Shown here: positions 10,527 through 20,584 of the stretch, piece after piece | How the letters are laid out: each line of letters opens with the position of its first letter | Position numbering within the stretch: the first letter of the stretch is position 1 | From: an uncultured Chitinophagales bacterium | GTDB lineage: Bacteria; Bacteroidota; Bacteroidia; Chitinophagales; BACL12 | DNA: 64,000 bases | Assembly (NCBI GenBank): GCA_964463165.1 | Contig: CAYXBK010000019.1 | Location: 20,914 to 84,913 of the forward strand | Reading direction: 5' to 3' | The notes under the pieces: generated by a model | What the model was told of the DNA's origin: nothing | Databases searched by the model: none | What the model saw: only the letters and a program-made list of their open reading frames with translations | Translations under genes and position numbers: made by a program

Positions 10527-12005
10527 ATGCCCATCTTTATTATTATTGTTTATACCATTGCAATCACACTGCTGTTCTTCTATTGCATTATGCAATTAAG
10601 TCTGGCAATTCATTACATTAAGTACAAAAAGAATTTATCAAAAGAAGAAACAAAATTCAATATCCCTGAATCTGAATATCCGTTTGTTACTGTTCAGTTG
10701 CCGGTTTATAATGAACAATATGTTGTAGAGCGTTTGATTGATGCCGTTTGTGCATTCGATTATCCGAAAGATAAATTTGAAATTCAGCTACTCGATGATT
10801 CAAGTGATGAAAGCGTTGAGATCGCTGCCGTAAAAGTAGCCGAATATCAGGCAAAAGGAATTCAGATATACCAGATCCGCCGTCCCGAACGCAAAGGGTT
10901 TAAAGCAGGTGCACTTGAATATGGTTTGCAAACTGCGAAAGGTGAATTCGTTGCAATTTTTGATGCGGATTTCACACCCTACCCCGACTTTCTCAAAAAA
11001 ACAATTCCTTATTTTATCGACGATGCAAAAATTGGAGTTGTGCAGGCGAAATGGGAGCATTTAAATAAGGATTATTCCATTCTTACCAAGATACAGGCGT
11101 TCGCTCTTGATATGCATTTTTCAATCGAGCAGCAAGGCAGAAATGCAGCCGGTTATTTTATCAATTTCAACGGAACTGCAGGTGTTTGGAGAAAATCAAC
11201 AATAACTGATGCCGGTGGCTGGAAAGCTGATACATTAACTGAAGATCTCGATCTGAGTTACAGAGCGCAATTAAAGGGATGGAAATTTAAATATGTTGAA
11301 AATGTTGTAGCTCCCGCAGAATTGCCAACGGATATGAATGCAGTGAAATCACAACAATTCCGCTGGAATAAAGGCGGTGCAGAAACCGCAAAAAAAATCG
11401 GACGCAAAGTAATGCGTGCAGAAATTCCGTTGCGTATTAAGCTGCATGCAATTGCCCACCTTTTTAACACGACAAATTATATTTTCATTTTCATTACGGC
11501 ATTGCTCAGCGTTCCGTTATTGTTTATTAAGAATAATTTATTCGAATTCGATTATTTTAAATATGCAAGTATTTTCCTGATCGGATCCATTTCAATTGCA
11601 TATGCTTATTATATTTCAACAATGCAGCAAGAGAGAACAATGAAGAAAACGCTGCAGGTTTATATTATACGTTTTCCCATATTTCTTGCTATCACAATGG
11701 GCTTATCATTACACAATGCATGGGCGGTATTTCGCGGATGGATCGGTCAGCAAACAGCATTTGTGCGCACACCGAAATTTAATATTGTGAATGGTAAAGA
11801 TATCTGGAAGAATAAAAAATACGTTGTTGGCAAGGTAAGTATCATAACCTATCTCGAAGGCGTATTTATGTTGTATTTTCTTTCAGGGATCATAATGGGA
11901 TTTTATTATCGTGATTACGGTCTAGTTCCTTTTCATGTGCTCGCATTTTTCGGATTCGCAATTATTTTTTACTTTTCGCTTAAACATTCCAGATATAATT
12001 CATAA
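10527..12005 (+). CDS. Processive glycosyltransferase family 2 (cellulose-synthase-like membrane GT)
   Basis: QLPVYNE, DDSSD, DADF, TEDLDLS and QQFRWNKG (QxxRW) motifs, with N- and C-terminal TM helices. Confidence 0.8.
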   Translation: MPIFIIIVYTIAITLLFFYCIMQLSLAIHYIKYKKNLSKEETKFNIPESEYPFVTVQLPVYNEQYVVERLIDAVCAFDYPKDKFEIQLLDDSSDESVEIAAVKVAEYQAKGIQIYQIRRPERKGFKAGALEYGLQTAKGEFVAIFDADFTPYPDFLKKTIPYFIDDAKIGVVQAKWEHLNKDYSILTKIQAFALDMHFSIEQQGRNAAGYFINFNGTAGVWRKSTITDAGGWKADTLTEDLDLSYRAQLKGWKFKYVENVVAPAELPTDMNAVKSQQFRWNKGGAETAKKIGRKVMRAEIPLRIKLHAIAHLFNTTNYIFIFITALLSVPLLFIKNNLFEFDYFKYASIFLIGSISIAYAYYISTMQQERTMKKTLQVYIIRFPIFLAITMGLSLHNAWAVFRGWIGQQTAFVRTPKFNIVNGKDIWKNKKYVVGKVSIITYLEGVFMLYFLSGIIMGFYYRDYGLVPFHVLAFFGFAIIFYFSLKHSRYNS

Positions 12006-12008
12006 CAG

Positions 12009-13343
12009 ATGATCAAAACAGCAATCACCGGAAATTGGAGATTCGCTGTTTACCTTCTGATAGCGATTGCATATTACCTGATCTCTTATTCAACTGCAAG
12101 AGATCAGACGTTTGAACTGATTACTCTTTACGCATTTCTTTTTCTGTTTTACCTTGCCACGCTTAAATGGCAAAACAGCGATCAATTTATCCGGGAAGGA
12201 ATTTGGTTTGCAATCGGTATACGTGCTTTATTATTATTCAGCACACCAAATTTATCAGACGATTTTTACAGGTTTATCTGGGATGGTGCATTGATGCACA
12301 ATGGAATAAATCCATTTGCCGTAACACCCGAAGCAATTCATCAGGGGCAGAATGGAAATTACCAGCTGAACGGAATAAATGAAACTATTTATGCTCTCCT
12401 TAATTCCAAACAATATTTTTCTGTTTATCCGCCTGTTTGCCAGGCAATATTTGCATGCACCACATGGATAGCGGGAGGAGATCTGTATTTCAATATCGTG
12501 CTCTTAAAAATATGTATCCTTTTATTTGAGACAGGTACGATTTTGTTTTTATTTCTTCTGCTCAAGCAACTCCAAATTTCTGCAGGTAATTTTCTTATCT
12601 ATGCTGCAAACCCGTTGATCATTTTAGAATTAACAGGCAATATTCATTTTGAAGCAGCTATGATTTTTTTTACCGTTGCATCTTTTTATTTTTTGCTTAA
12701 AAATAAATATGTGCTAGCAGCTGTTTTATTCGGCCTTGCAATTTCATCGAAATTATTGCCTCTCATTTTTCTGCCGCTGTTATTCAGGTATATCGGATTC
12801 AGACAAACAATTATTTTTTCATTAATTGCAGGCTTCATCACTCTGGCAACCTTTATTCCATTCCTGGATGCATCAATGTTGCAGAATCTGGGAACCAGTT
12901 TAAATCTTTATTTTAATGAATTCGAATACAACGCATCTTTTTATTATCTGGGAAAATGGCTCGGCGGCTGGAACAGTGAAGAAGTGAAATCTGTTTTGCA
13001 ACGTATTTTACCTTTTGTTGCCTTCCTGAGCATTGTGGCACTTGCAATATTTTACAGGAAGGAAAAGTTTTTCCTCACCTGCATGATCGCTCTGATGATT
13101 TATTTCCTTTGCTCTACCACAATTCATCCGTGGTATATTACGGTTCTTGTTTTATTTGCGGCAATTACGGGGTATAGATTTATTATTTACTGGACAGGCC
13201 TGATATTTCTTACATATATAACTTACCGCACAAATGCTTACCTGGAGAATTTTTATTTGATTGCGTTTGAATATGCGATAGTAATTGGATACATGTTATT
13301 TGAATTCAATCGCAGGCTTCGTATTCCGCTTTCTCGAAATTAA
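12009..13343 (+). CDS. Polytopic membrane protein, GT-C-like (PIG-M/PimE-type mannosyltransferase-like)
   Basis: At least 10 predicted TM helices. The first loop, LSDDFYRFIWDGALMHNGINPF, resembles the acidic loop motif of lipid-sugar-dependent GT-C enzymes. Only 3 nt after the preceding GT2. Confidence 0.5.
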   Translation: MIKTAITGNWRFAVYLLIAIAYYLISYSTARDQTFELITLYAFLFLFYLATLKWQNSDQFIREGIWFAIGIRALLLFSTPNLSDDFYRFIWDGALMHNGINPFAVTPEAIHQGQNGNYQLNGINETIYALLNSKQYFSVYPPVCQAIFACTTWIAGGDLYFNIVLLKICILLFETGTILFLFLLLKQLQISAGNFLIYAANPLIILELTGNIHFEAAMIFFTVASFYFLLKNKYVLAAVLFGLAISSKLLPLIFLPLLFRYIGFRQTIIFSLIAGFITLATFIPFLDASMLQNLGTSLNLYFNEFEYNASFYYLGKWLGGWNSEEVKSVLQRILPFVAFLSIVALAIFYRKEKFFLTCMIALMIYFLCSTTIHPWYITVLVLFAAITGYRFIIYWTGLIFLTYITYRTNAYLENFYLIAFEYAIVIGYMLFEFNRRLRIPLSRN

Positions 13344-13520
13344 ATTCTTCATTTGTAGAGATTTGATATGTGATGAAGTAAACTAGTACAGCATCTGCCT
13401 GCAAAATTCCTGTATTGTCATTGTCGATGTTTAATAAATTCCTGAGGCTTAATTGTTCGAGGCGAGAATAAAATTAATCAGCAACTATAAATAATAACTT
13501 CTCTCTGATTTAATGCAATA

Positions 13521-13547
13521 AAAAAGGGCAGGATTTACATCCTGCCC
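13521..13547 (-). terminator. Rho-independent terminator of the OmpA-family gene
   Basis: GGGCAGGAT-TTAC-ATCCTGCCC hairpin, followed on the minus strand by a T5 run. Confidence 0.7.
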
Positions 13548-13571
13548 TTAGGCTGTCATGATTGTATGTAT

Positions 13572-15242
13572 TTAGTTTTTAATGATGTGGAATTCCACAC
13601 GACGGTTTTGCTGATGTTGTTCTTCTGTTGTTGCATTTGGAATCAACACCTGGCTTTCACCTTTATAAACGATTTTCAATCTGCTTTCAGGAACACCTTT
13701 TTTAGTAAGGTAGTTGATCGCTGATTTAGCACGATTCTCAGAAAGTTTGAGGTTATAATCTTCGCTTGCACGAGTATCAGTATGACCTACAACTTCGATT
13801 GATAATTTAGAGTAGTTGTTCATGATCTCCGCTACATATTCAAGTTCAGGAACTGCATCAGGACGAATATCTGATTTATTCAAATCGAAGAAGATCATAG
13901 GAAGATACCATGCATCTCCACCACCTGAACCACCTTTTTGGTATTCTTTCAATCTTGATTCAACATATTCTTTTACCTCACCCATTGTAAGATGAACGTT
14001 CTGACAATTTTCCATTGGTAATACAGGAGATGAGAATGGTTCTGGATCTTCTGAATCCGGACAACCATCTTTATCGCTGTCTAAGCTCACACCATGTGTA
14101 TCAACCGGTGTTCCTTCAGCTGTATTTGGTTCTTTGTCGAGACGGTCAATTACACCATCATTATCTGAATCTCTTAACAGATTGTCAGGATCGATTTCTG
14201 CAACTGTCTGGTAGAGATAATCAAGCGGGTTAACTGTCCACAATGGATCAATTGAATTTTTACCAAGGTCAATACCAATTGTAAGATTGGTGTATTCAAA
14301 TAAATCGTAGTGATCACTCACGTCACCGATATCTGACCAACGCTGACCGTCAGCAAGATCATCGAAGAAATGTGTTGCTCTTTGTTCGATACCGATTTCA
14401 AGGTTTGATCCAACTCTCCATGAAGCACCAAGACCTCCTGAGAGTGAAGGGTTTCTTACCCATGTAGAACGAACATCACCGGCAGCACGGCTTTGCGGGT
14501 TCGCAACCTCTGCCTGTGTTTCATAATCACCATCTAATGCATTGTGTATTGCATCCAAACGTTCTTGTTGAGAAACGTTCTGTGCACCAAACTGCGAAAG
14601 GATCTGAGACCAGAGGTATTCTTCACCGCTTGCATCTAATGCATCATATTTTGTATTGTAAATAAAACCACCTACACCTACGAAAGCATAAACGAGGAAT
14701 TTAGGATCGGCTTTATGGAAATTGATATTGTTTAAGTTAACAAGAAGGTCTAATGAACCATGACCAATCATTGTTTTGTAGTTTGGAACCCACTCAGCTC
14801 CTGAATAGTCAGCACCTGTAGAGTAGTTTTCGTTTGTGCTGTTTGCAAAAGCACCGTTCAAAGTTTTGTTTAAGTTGAACGCACCTTGTGTATAGTTCTG
14901 TCCGTAGCAGTTTGCATACATACCATGCAATCTGATTGACGTTACATATCCAAGGCCTTTGCGGATATTAATACCAGCACCCCATGATGGTGAATGCTGT
15001 CCGCCAAAAGGTTCGGATCTGATATCGCCCATAATCTGAGGTAAACCAAGATTAATTCCAACATTCCACTGGTTACGTGGTTTAGCAGGGTATGGATACG
15101 CCCCACTGTTAAAATCATCTTGTTGTTGTTGCCTGCTGGCAGGAATTGTTGCCGGATCAGTACTGCTCGACGGCGCGGTTTGTGTGAATGCTGCGGTGCT
15201 AATAAGCATTAAGACAGCAATTAAGGAATTACGACTAATCAT
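13572..15242 (-). CDS. OmpA-family outer membrane protein with thrombospondin type 3 (Asp-rich Ca-binding) repeats
   Basis: Signal peptide; DSDNDGVIDRLDKEP and DSDKDGCPDSEDPEP repeats. C-terminal OmpA domain (VGHTD...YNLKLSENRA...NRRVEF). Confidence 0.85.
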   Translation of the reverse strand: MISRNSLIAVLMLISTAAFTQTAPSSSTDPATIPASRQQQQDDFNSGAYPYPAKPRNQWNVGINLGLPQIMGDIRSEPFGGQHSPSWGAGINIRKGLGYVTSIRLHGMYANCYGQNYTQGAFNLNKTLNGAFANSTNENYSTGADYSGAEWVPNYKTMIGHGSLDLLVNLNNINFHKADPKFLVYAFVGVGGFIYNTKYDALDASGEEYLWSQILSQFGAQNVSQQERLDAIHNALDGDYETQAEVANPQSRAAGDVRSTWVRNPSLSGGLGASWRVGSNLEIGIEQRATHFFDDLADGQRWSDIGDVSDHYDLFEYTNLTIGIDLGKNSIDPLWTVNPLDYLYQTVAEIDPDNLLRDSDNDGVIDRLDKEPNTAEGTPVDTHGVSLDSDKDGCPDSEDPEPFSSPVLPMENCQNVHLTMGEVKEYVESRLKEYQKGGSGGGDAWYLPMIFFDLNKSDIRPDAVPELEYVAEIMNNYSKLSIEVVGHTDTRASEDYNLKLSENRAKSAINYLTKKGVPESRLKIVYKGESQVLIPNATTEEQHQQNRRVEFHIIKN

Positions 15243-15567
15243 GACGTTTATATTAAAAGTTAGTAATGTATTTGTTTTTTATATGTGTTAAACTTCGGCA
15301 AAGCTATATCTCACAGTTATGTTATGCAAATTAATCCTTTCTTATTCCACCATTTTCTCAAAAAATCCCCATTAACTGTACTCGTAAACCTGTCAACCTC
15401 CGACATTTCTATGTTCTGTTAGTTGCAAAAGCCGCAATTATGTTTAACCTACCAAGAAACAAAGCTATATGAATTACTGAAGATTCCAAAAATTTTTACA
15501 ACTTTCTACACAATATCATGCAACCATTTTGAATCTGCTTGCATCGGATTGCATGCGCAACCATTTT

Positions 15568-17430
15568 TCACCTGAGAAGTGCTATGGTTCCAGTCTTATT
15601 AATTATTGTGTTTAAAGTAGTTGTGGAGTGAATTGTGTAAATATACGATCCGATTTCCTGCGGTATTCCATTGAAAGTTCCATCCCAACCGGTATTAATA
15701 TCCAGACTTGTAAATATTAATTGACCCCATCTGTTGTACACCGATAATTCAAAATCGAGTAGTAAATCGGTATTGATTGAAAAAATATCATTCAGCCCGT
15801 CGCCATTCGGCGTAAAAGCATTGGGTACCATAAAATCAAGATCTACCCAAACCCAAACCGAGTCGGTTGAAAAGCAACCGTTTTCATCTGTTACGGTTAA
15901 ATAATATTGTGTATTGCTGGTGGGAGAAGCGGAAGGTTGCAGGCAATCGGTGCATGATAAACCTTCTGCTGGTATCCAGAGAATTGAAGTTATCGGACTC
16001 ACAGGTGTTGTGCCTTCAAGTGTTCCTGAGCTGCCATACGGGATCGTGATATTCGGACCCGCATCCACGATTACCGGATCGGGCTGGCTTAAAACAACAG
16101 CCGTAATTGATGCGATGCATCCATATGCATCCTTCACGGTAAATGTGTAGGTACCTGCCTGCATTGTTGTGAAATTGCTGTCCGTTTGCCAGGCAACCCC
16201 GTCAAATGAAAAAAGGTAAGGCGCAATTCCGCCTTCTCCGTTCAATTCAACCACACCGTCATTTCCTGCGTAACAGGTAACGTCAACAGTTAAAACCGTA
16301 TCAATTGTAAGGGGTGCCGGTTCAGTGAGGATAAACTCCTGCACATAAGCACATCCATCAAGTTCCTGGATGGTAACCGTATATATGCCCGGGCCAAGAT
16401 CATAAATACTGTCTGACACGGATCCGGTAGACCAGGAATATGTGATCGGATTTGTATTACCGGTTACATCAATATCTATCCAGGCGTTATTATCACCATT
16501 ACAGGTAATATTTTTTGTTTCGACAGATATTGTATAGGGTGTGGAAACTGTAACCGTCACATCATCACTTACTACCGTCCCATCACAAAGGGTTACTTCA
16601 GCAGTATAGGTTGTTGTTGTTGCCGGTGCAACTTCAACACTGTCTCCTGTACCTACTATGGTACCCGTTGCAGTTTCATACCAGGTGATTGCATCAGGGA
16701 GCCACACCCAGCTTTCATTTATTGCCGACCAGTCTGTAGCATTGCGGCCAGCTACTGCAAAACCAACTATCCCGTCTTCGTCCTGAATTCCCTGCACAGC
16801 CTGCCCCACATCCCAGGTTGGACATACATCCACATTTACCAAATGGTTATCGATCTGATTTGTGGTTTCGTGTAATACAATTTGAAATGTGCCTTCAAAA
16901 CCGGTGCATGAAAAAAGCGGGACATCTTCATAGGAAACAATGAGTTTCCTGTTTGGCGCAGTGCCAACCACTTCATGAAAAATACAATTCGTACACAGGC
17001 CTGAATGCCAGTCTGTCCATGGACTAAAAATAGCAGCACGGGGAACATTAAAAGCATTATCAGGGATTGGGCCATCCGGAGTCCAGTTTACATCCCAGTT
17101 TGAATTCGGCGTTAAAAAGCTGATCCACCCGTTTGAAGCAATATAAAATTCATCGTAAACTTCTCCGAAAAAACAAAAATCAAATCCGATGGAAAACGGA
17201 CCTACATGTGTGTCATCAACCATATTATGTACAGTACCTCCGATTGGCTCCGGCGAAAATGGAATTTCCTGCGAAACGTAGGAATCAGTTCCATAACTCC
17301 CGTCAACTGAAGCGTGGAGCCAAACAGGTTCGGCGCTGCAGATGGTTGTATCCGGATATGCCAGAATCGACTGGGTAAATGAAATTCCCGAGATGAAGAA
17401 TAACGCGGTGCCAAGGAGGAGCTTACGCAT
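15568..17430 (-). CDS. T9SS type B (gliding-motility-associated) C-terminal domain protein with SprB-like repeats
   Basis: C-terminus VPNAFTPNGDGLNDIF...YNRWGQLIF...GWDG is the type B CTD signature. Internal CNGDNN/CYAGNDG repeats. Confidence 0.8.
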   Translation of the reverse strand: MRKLLLGTALFFISGISFTQSILAYPDTTICSAEPVWLHASVDGSYGTDSYVSQEIPFSPEPIGGTVHNMVDDTHVGPFSIGFDFCFFGEVYDEFYIASNGWISFLTPNSNWDVNWTPDGPIPDNAFNVPRAAIFSPWTDWHSGLCTNCIFHEVVGTAPNRKLIVSYEDVPLFSCTGFEGTFQIVLHETTNQIDNHLVNVDVCPTWDVGQAVQGIQDEDGIVGFAVAGRNATDWSAINESWVWLPDAITWYETATGTIVGTGDSVEVAPATTTTYTAEVTLCDGTVVSDDVTVTVSTPYTISVETKNITCNGDNNAWIDIDVTGNTNPITYSWSTGSVSDSIYDLGPGIYTVTIQELDGCAYVQEFILTEPAPLTIDTVLTVDVTCYAGNDGVVELNGEGGIAPYLFSFDGVAWQTDSNFTTMQAGTYTFTVKDAYGCIASITAVVLSQPDPVIVDAGPNITIPYGSSGTLEGTTPVSPITSILWIPAEGLSCTDCLQPSASPTSNTQYYLTVTDENGCFSTDSVWVWVDLDFMVPNAFTPNGDGLNDIFSINTDLLLDFELSVYNRWGQLIFTSLDINTGWDGTFNGIPQEIGSYIYTIHSTTTLNTIINKTGTIALLR

Positions 17431-17497
17431 CCTGTAAATTTAAAAACAAAATTGAAGATTCTGAAAGGGCAATCAGATAATTAAAATCATCATTTGA

Positions 17498-18163
17498 TCA
17501 TTGAATTGCCCGGTTCAAAAACTGAATAAACTTATCGGTTGATTTAAAACATTTTACAAGATCTTTTACAAAATCCGGCGAAAGCAGTTCTTTGTCGGAT
17601 AAGCTTCGTGAAACGATAAAATGCTTGTGTTTTAAAATGTCAATTGCAGGGTTTCCATCTTCATATCCTTTGGGTGCAGATTTCAGCTTTTCAATTTCAT
17701 CCAGGCCACTGAATTGTTTTTTAAATGCAGGCGCTTTCATAATTTTCTGAAATTCATCAAAATGATAATCGATCTCCTGTCTGATCGCAGATAGGTTATT
17801 TGGATCGGGCTGATAGGAGCCGGCTGCTGCAAAAGATTTATTTCCAGGTTCAAGATGAAAATAATAACCGGCTGTCATCACCTTTTTGCCGCCGTGATTT
17901 ATGCTTGTACCCATATTTGATTTATAAGGACTTTTATCTTTTGAAAAACGGATATCCCTGTTGATCCTGAAAATTGTTTTCTTCGCTTCCAGGTCTTTTA
18001 CGCCCGGATCAAATAATGCAATCCTTGCAATGAGTTCTGTCGTAAATTCAAGAAAGTTAGTCTTTGCGGCTTCATATTTTGAGCGGTTGGCATCGAACCA
18101 GGGTTTGTTGTTATTGGCGCCGAGCTCTTTTAAAAATTTAAGTGTTTCTTTTTGAATAATCAT
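17498..18163 (-). CDS. DUF2461 (TIGR02453) family protein
   Basis: N-terminus TLKFLKELGANNNKPWFDANRSKYE and the RINRDIRFSKDKSPYK motif. Confidence 0.7.
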   Translation of the reverse strand: MIIQKETLKFLKELGANNNKPWFDANRSKYEAAKTNFLEFTTELIARIALFDPGVKDLEAKKTIFRINRDIRFSKDKSPYKSNMGTSINHGGKKVMTAGYYFHLEPGNKSFAAAGSYQPDPNNLSAIRQEIDYHFDEFQKIMKAPAFKKQFSGLDEIEKLKSAPKGYEDGNPAIDILKHKHFIVSRSLSDKELLSPDFVKDLVKCFKSTDKFIQFLNRAIQ

Positions 18164-18225
18164 AATGAAGGATTAATTTTATCGTGACTTGAAATGTAAA
18201 GGCTTCGTGACCCTTAATTCAATTT

Positions 18226-20532
18226 ATGAAACTACACAAAATTTCATTTTTTTCATTTATAGCCTCTGTGCTTTTTCATCAGGCTCTGCTTGCCCAAATA
18301 AACAATCAGGCGCAGGGTATGGAGATCTGGGAGCCAAATTTAACTTCATTTGCCAACCGGACTCCAAATGTTACTGCAGATTTATTAAAGTATTCGAATC
18401 CGTCCGTTTATGATCATCCCGAATTTGGTGTTTTACCGGAGGATGTTCCATGCGCCGACTGTGTTGAATTAATTGACAGGCGCACCATCAACTCAAGATA
18501 TTATATCAAGGAAGGTACAAACGGCACTACATTTTATTTACAAACCGCATTCGGCGATTTGCATTATAAAGATTCTGAAGGAAGATTTATCACGCTCGAC
18601 AGGCGGTTGCAAAAAGCAGAAGGCAATTTATATGAAGCAAAAAATCAGGGGACACCAACATTGATAGATTTGGATTTAAAAAATTCCGGCTTTATCGTTC
18701 AGGGAGAAAAATTTCTTTTCAATAATAATTTAAAACTGCAGCATATTAAGGCAAACGGAGAAATTGAAGAGCTGGCAACTGCAAACTGGAGCGATAAAAC
18801 TATTGGAGATCACGGTGTTTATGTCACGAATATCTGGCCTGAAATTGATTTGAAAATTGCATTTGATCTCAACATGATCAAAACGAATTTCATAATAAAA
18901 AAACCATTGGTTTTTGAAGACGGATACCTCGCGATTTCAGATGATTTAATTCTGCCTGAAAATTTTATCGTCGGATATGGTGATGGTGTACAGGGAGATT
19001 TTGGATGGAACGGCACATTGATCTCCGCATCGCTTGAAACTGAAACATATGGTTTTGAAATCGGAAGGGCAGTGGCGATGGACAGTAAATTACTCAACAA
19101 CAGAGATTCAATCGGAATTCACGGTTATAATCCTGAATATATTTATGATTCGGTTACACATAATTTAAAAACAATTTTGTCGGCAGAATGGCTCAATAAT
19201 CCGCAATTAATTTATCCGGTAGTTATTGATCCTCTGGTAACTTCTTCGGCCACGTATCCCTCGCTGATGAAATTTAGGTATAACGGCGAGTTTTGTGTCG
19301 GCGGATCGGGATACTGCAGCTATACCCTGAATGTTGCTTTGCCTGCAAATTGTACGGTTACAGGAGCAACATTTGCAGCTACCTATACTACAGTTCCCGG
19401 ATCATGTGCACCATTCAGCTGTATAATGGCAGATGCAGGATTCAGAATCTGGTCCGACTCGTGTGATCAGTATTCTCCAAGTGATGTTCCTACTCCGCTC
19501 TGGTGGAATTGTAATGCCGTTGCCATTGGTACCTGTTCAGGTGCAGGTCTCGATATCAGTCCGCTCGTTACATGTTTAACACCAAAATGTTCAGGAACAA
19601 TTCCATTTGAAATGCGAAACAGTTATTGTTTTTGCAGCACAAACGGCGATTGTGTTTCCGGCACACCATGTCAGAGAATGAATGCAAGTACATGGTCGGT
19701 AACTATATCCGGTCATACAGTGGAAGCAACCGCTTTAGCTGCCGGTGCAACAACTTATACCGTAACCGATTGTACCGATCAGTCAGATTGGCTAACACCT
19801 GCCTATCCGATTTACGGCGTCCCGGGATATACCTATAGCTGGTCACCCATCGGATCTGTTGAAGACAGTGTATATGAAATATTCCCTCTGGGCACAACCA
19901 CTTATACTTTAACAATTACAGATGCCTGCGGTAATACTTCAACCGACGTGGTAACGGTAATCAATAACTGCATCGTATTGCCTATAACACTTGAAAATTT
20001 TACAGGCTATTATCTGAATGGTTCAAACATTTTAAATTGGGAAACCGTGTCGGATATACATAATTATAACTTTATTATTGAACGGTCGGCTAACGGGATC
20101 AATTTTGAAGAGATCGGCACTATATACAGTGACGATGGATTGAACAACAGCTCGCAACTTTATTCTTTTACAGACAAATCCCCATTCCCCGTTTTAAATT
20201 ATTACAGGCTGAAACAACGCGAAACCAACGGAACGATTTCATATTCGAAAATCATCGTAATAAAATCCAGGGATAATTTAAATTCCGAACTCATTATTAA
20301 TTCTCAGAATTCAAATAACAATTCCCTTGAACTTACAATTTTATCGGGAACAGACGGACCCGGAGATTTTAATATTTTGGATATGTCGGGAAACATTATT
20401 TATCATCAGCAAATTAAAGTTGCAAAAGGCTCCAACTCGGTGATTATGTTCATTCCGGAAATCGCTACCGGTATCTATGTTTTAACATTTTCAAAAGCAA
20501 CTGAATTTTCGCAGGTCAAATTCATAAAATAG
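18226..20532 (+). CDS. Large secreted protein with T9SS type A C-terminal sorting domain
   Basis: Signal peptide, Cys-rich central region, a ~95-aa NYYRLKQ module, and a terminal GIYVLTF...VKFIK sorting domain. Confidence 0.7.
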   Translation: MKLHKISFFSFIASVLFHQALLAQINNQAQGMEIWEPNLTSFANRTPNVTADLLKYSNPSVYDHPEFGVLPEDVPCADCVELIDRRTINSRYYIKEGTNGTTFYLQTAFGDLHYKDSEGRFITLDRRLQKAEGNLYEAKNQGTPTLIDLDLKNSGFIVQGEKFLFNNNLKLQHIKANGEIEELATANWSDKTIGDHGVYVTNIWPEIDLKIAFDLNMIKTNFIIKKPLVFEDGYLAISDDLILPENFIVGYGDGVQGDFGWNGTLISASLETETYGFEIGRAVAMDSKLLNNRDSIGIHGYNPEYIYDSVTHNLKTILSAEWLNNPQLIYPVVIDPLVTSSATYPSLMKFRYNGEFCVGGSGYCSYTLNVALPANCTVTGATFAATYTTVPGSCAPFSCIMADAGFRIWSDSCDQYSPSDVPTPLWWNCNAVAIGTCSGAGLDISPLVTCLTPKCSGTIPFEMRNSYCFCSTNGDCVSGTPCQRMNASTWSVTISGHTVEATALAAGATTYTVTDCTDQSDWLTPAYPIYGVPGYTYSWSPIGSVEDSVYEIFPLGTTTYTLTITDACGNTSTDVVTVINNCIVLPITLENFTGYYLNGSNILNWETVSDIHNYNFIIERSANGINFEEIGTIYSDDGLNNSSQLYSFTDKSPFPVLNYYRLKQRETNGTISYSKIIVIKSRDNLNSELIINSQNSNNNSLELTILSGTDGPGDFNILDMSGNIIYHQQIKVAKGSNSVIMFIPEIATGIYVLTFSKATEFSQVKFIK

Positions 20533-20572
20533 TCTTCCGGTGCTTTTACTTAAGAGTCTTAATTTCCCTTCT

Positions 20573-20580
20573 TAGCTTTG
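20573..20580 (+). promoter_or_regulatory. Bacteroidota -7 promoter box (TAGCTTTG) for the ABC-F gene
   Basis: Matches the TAnnTTTG consensus. It ends 4 nt before the ATG at 20585, implying a leaderless or near-leaderless mRNA. Confidence 0.4.
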
Positions 20581-20584
20581 CACC

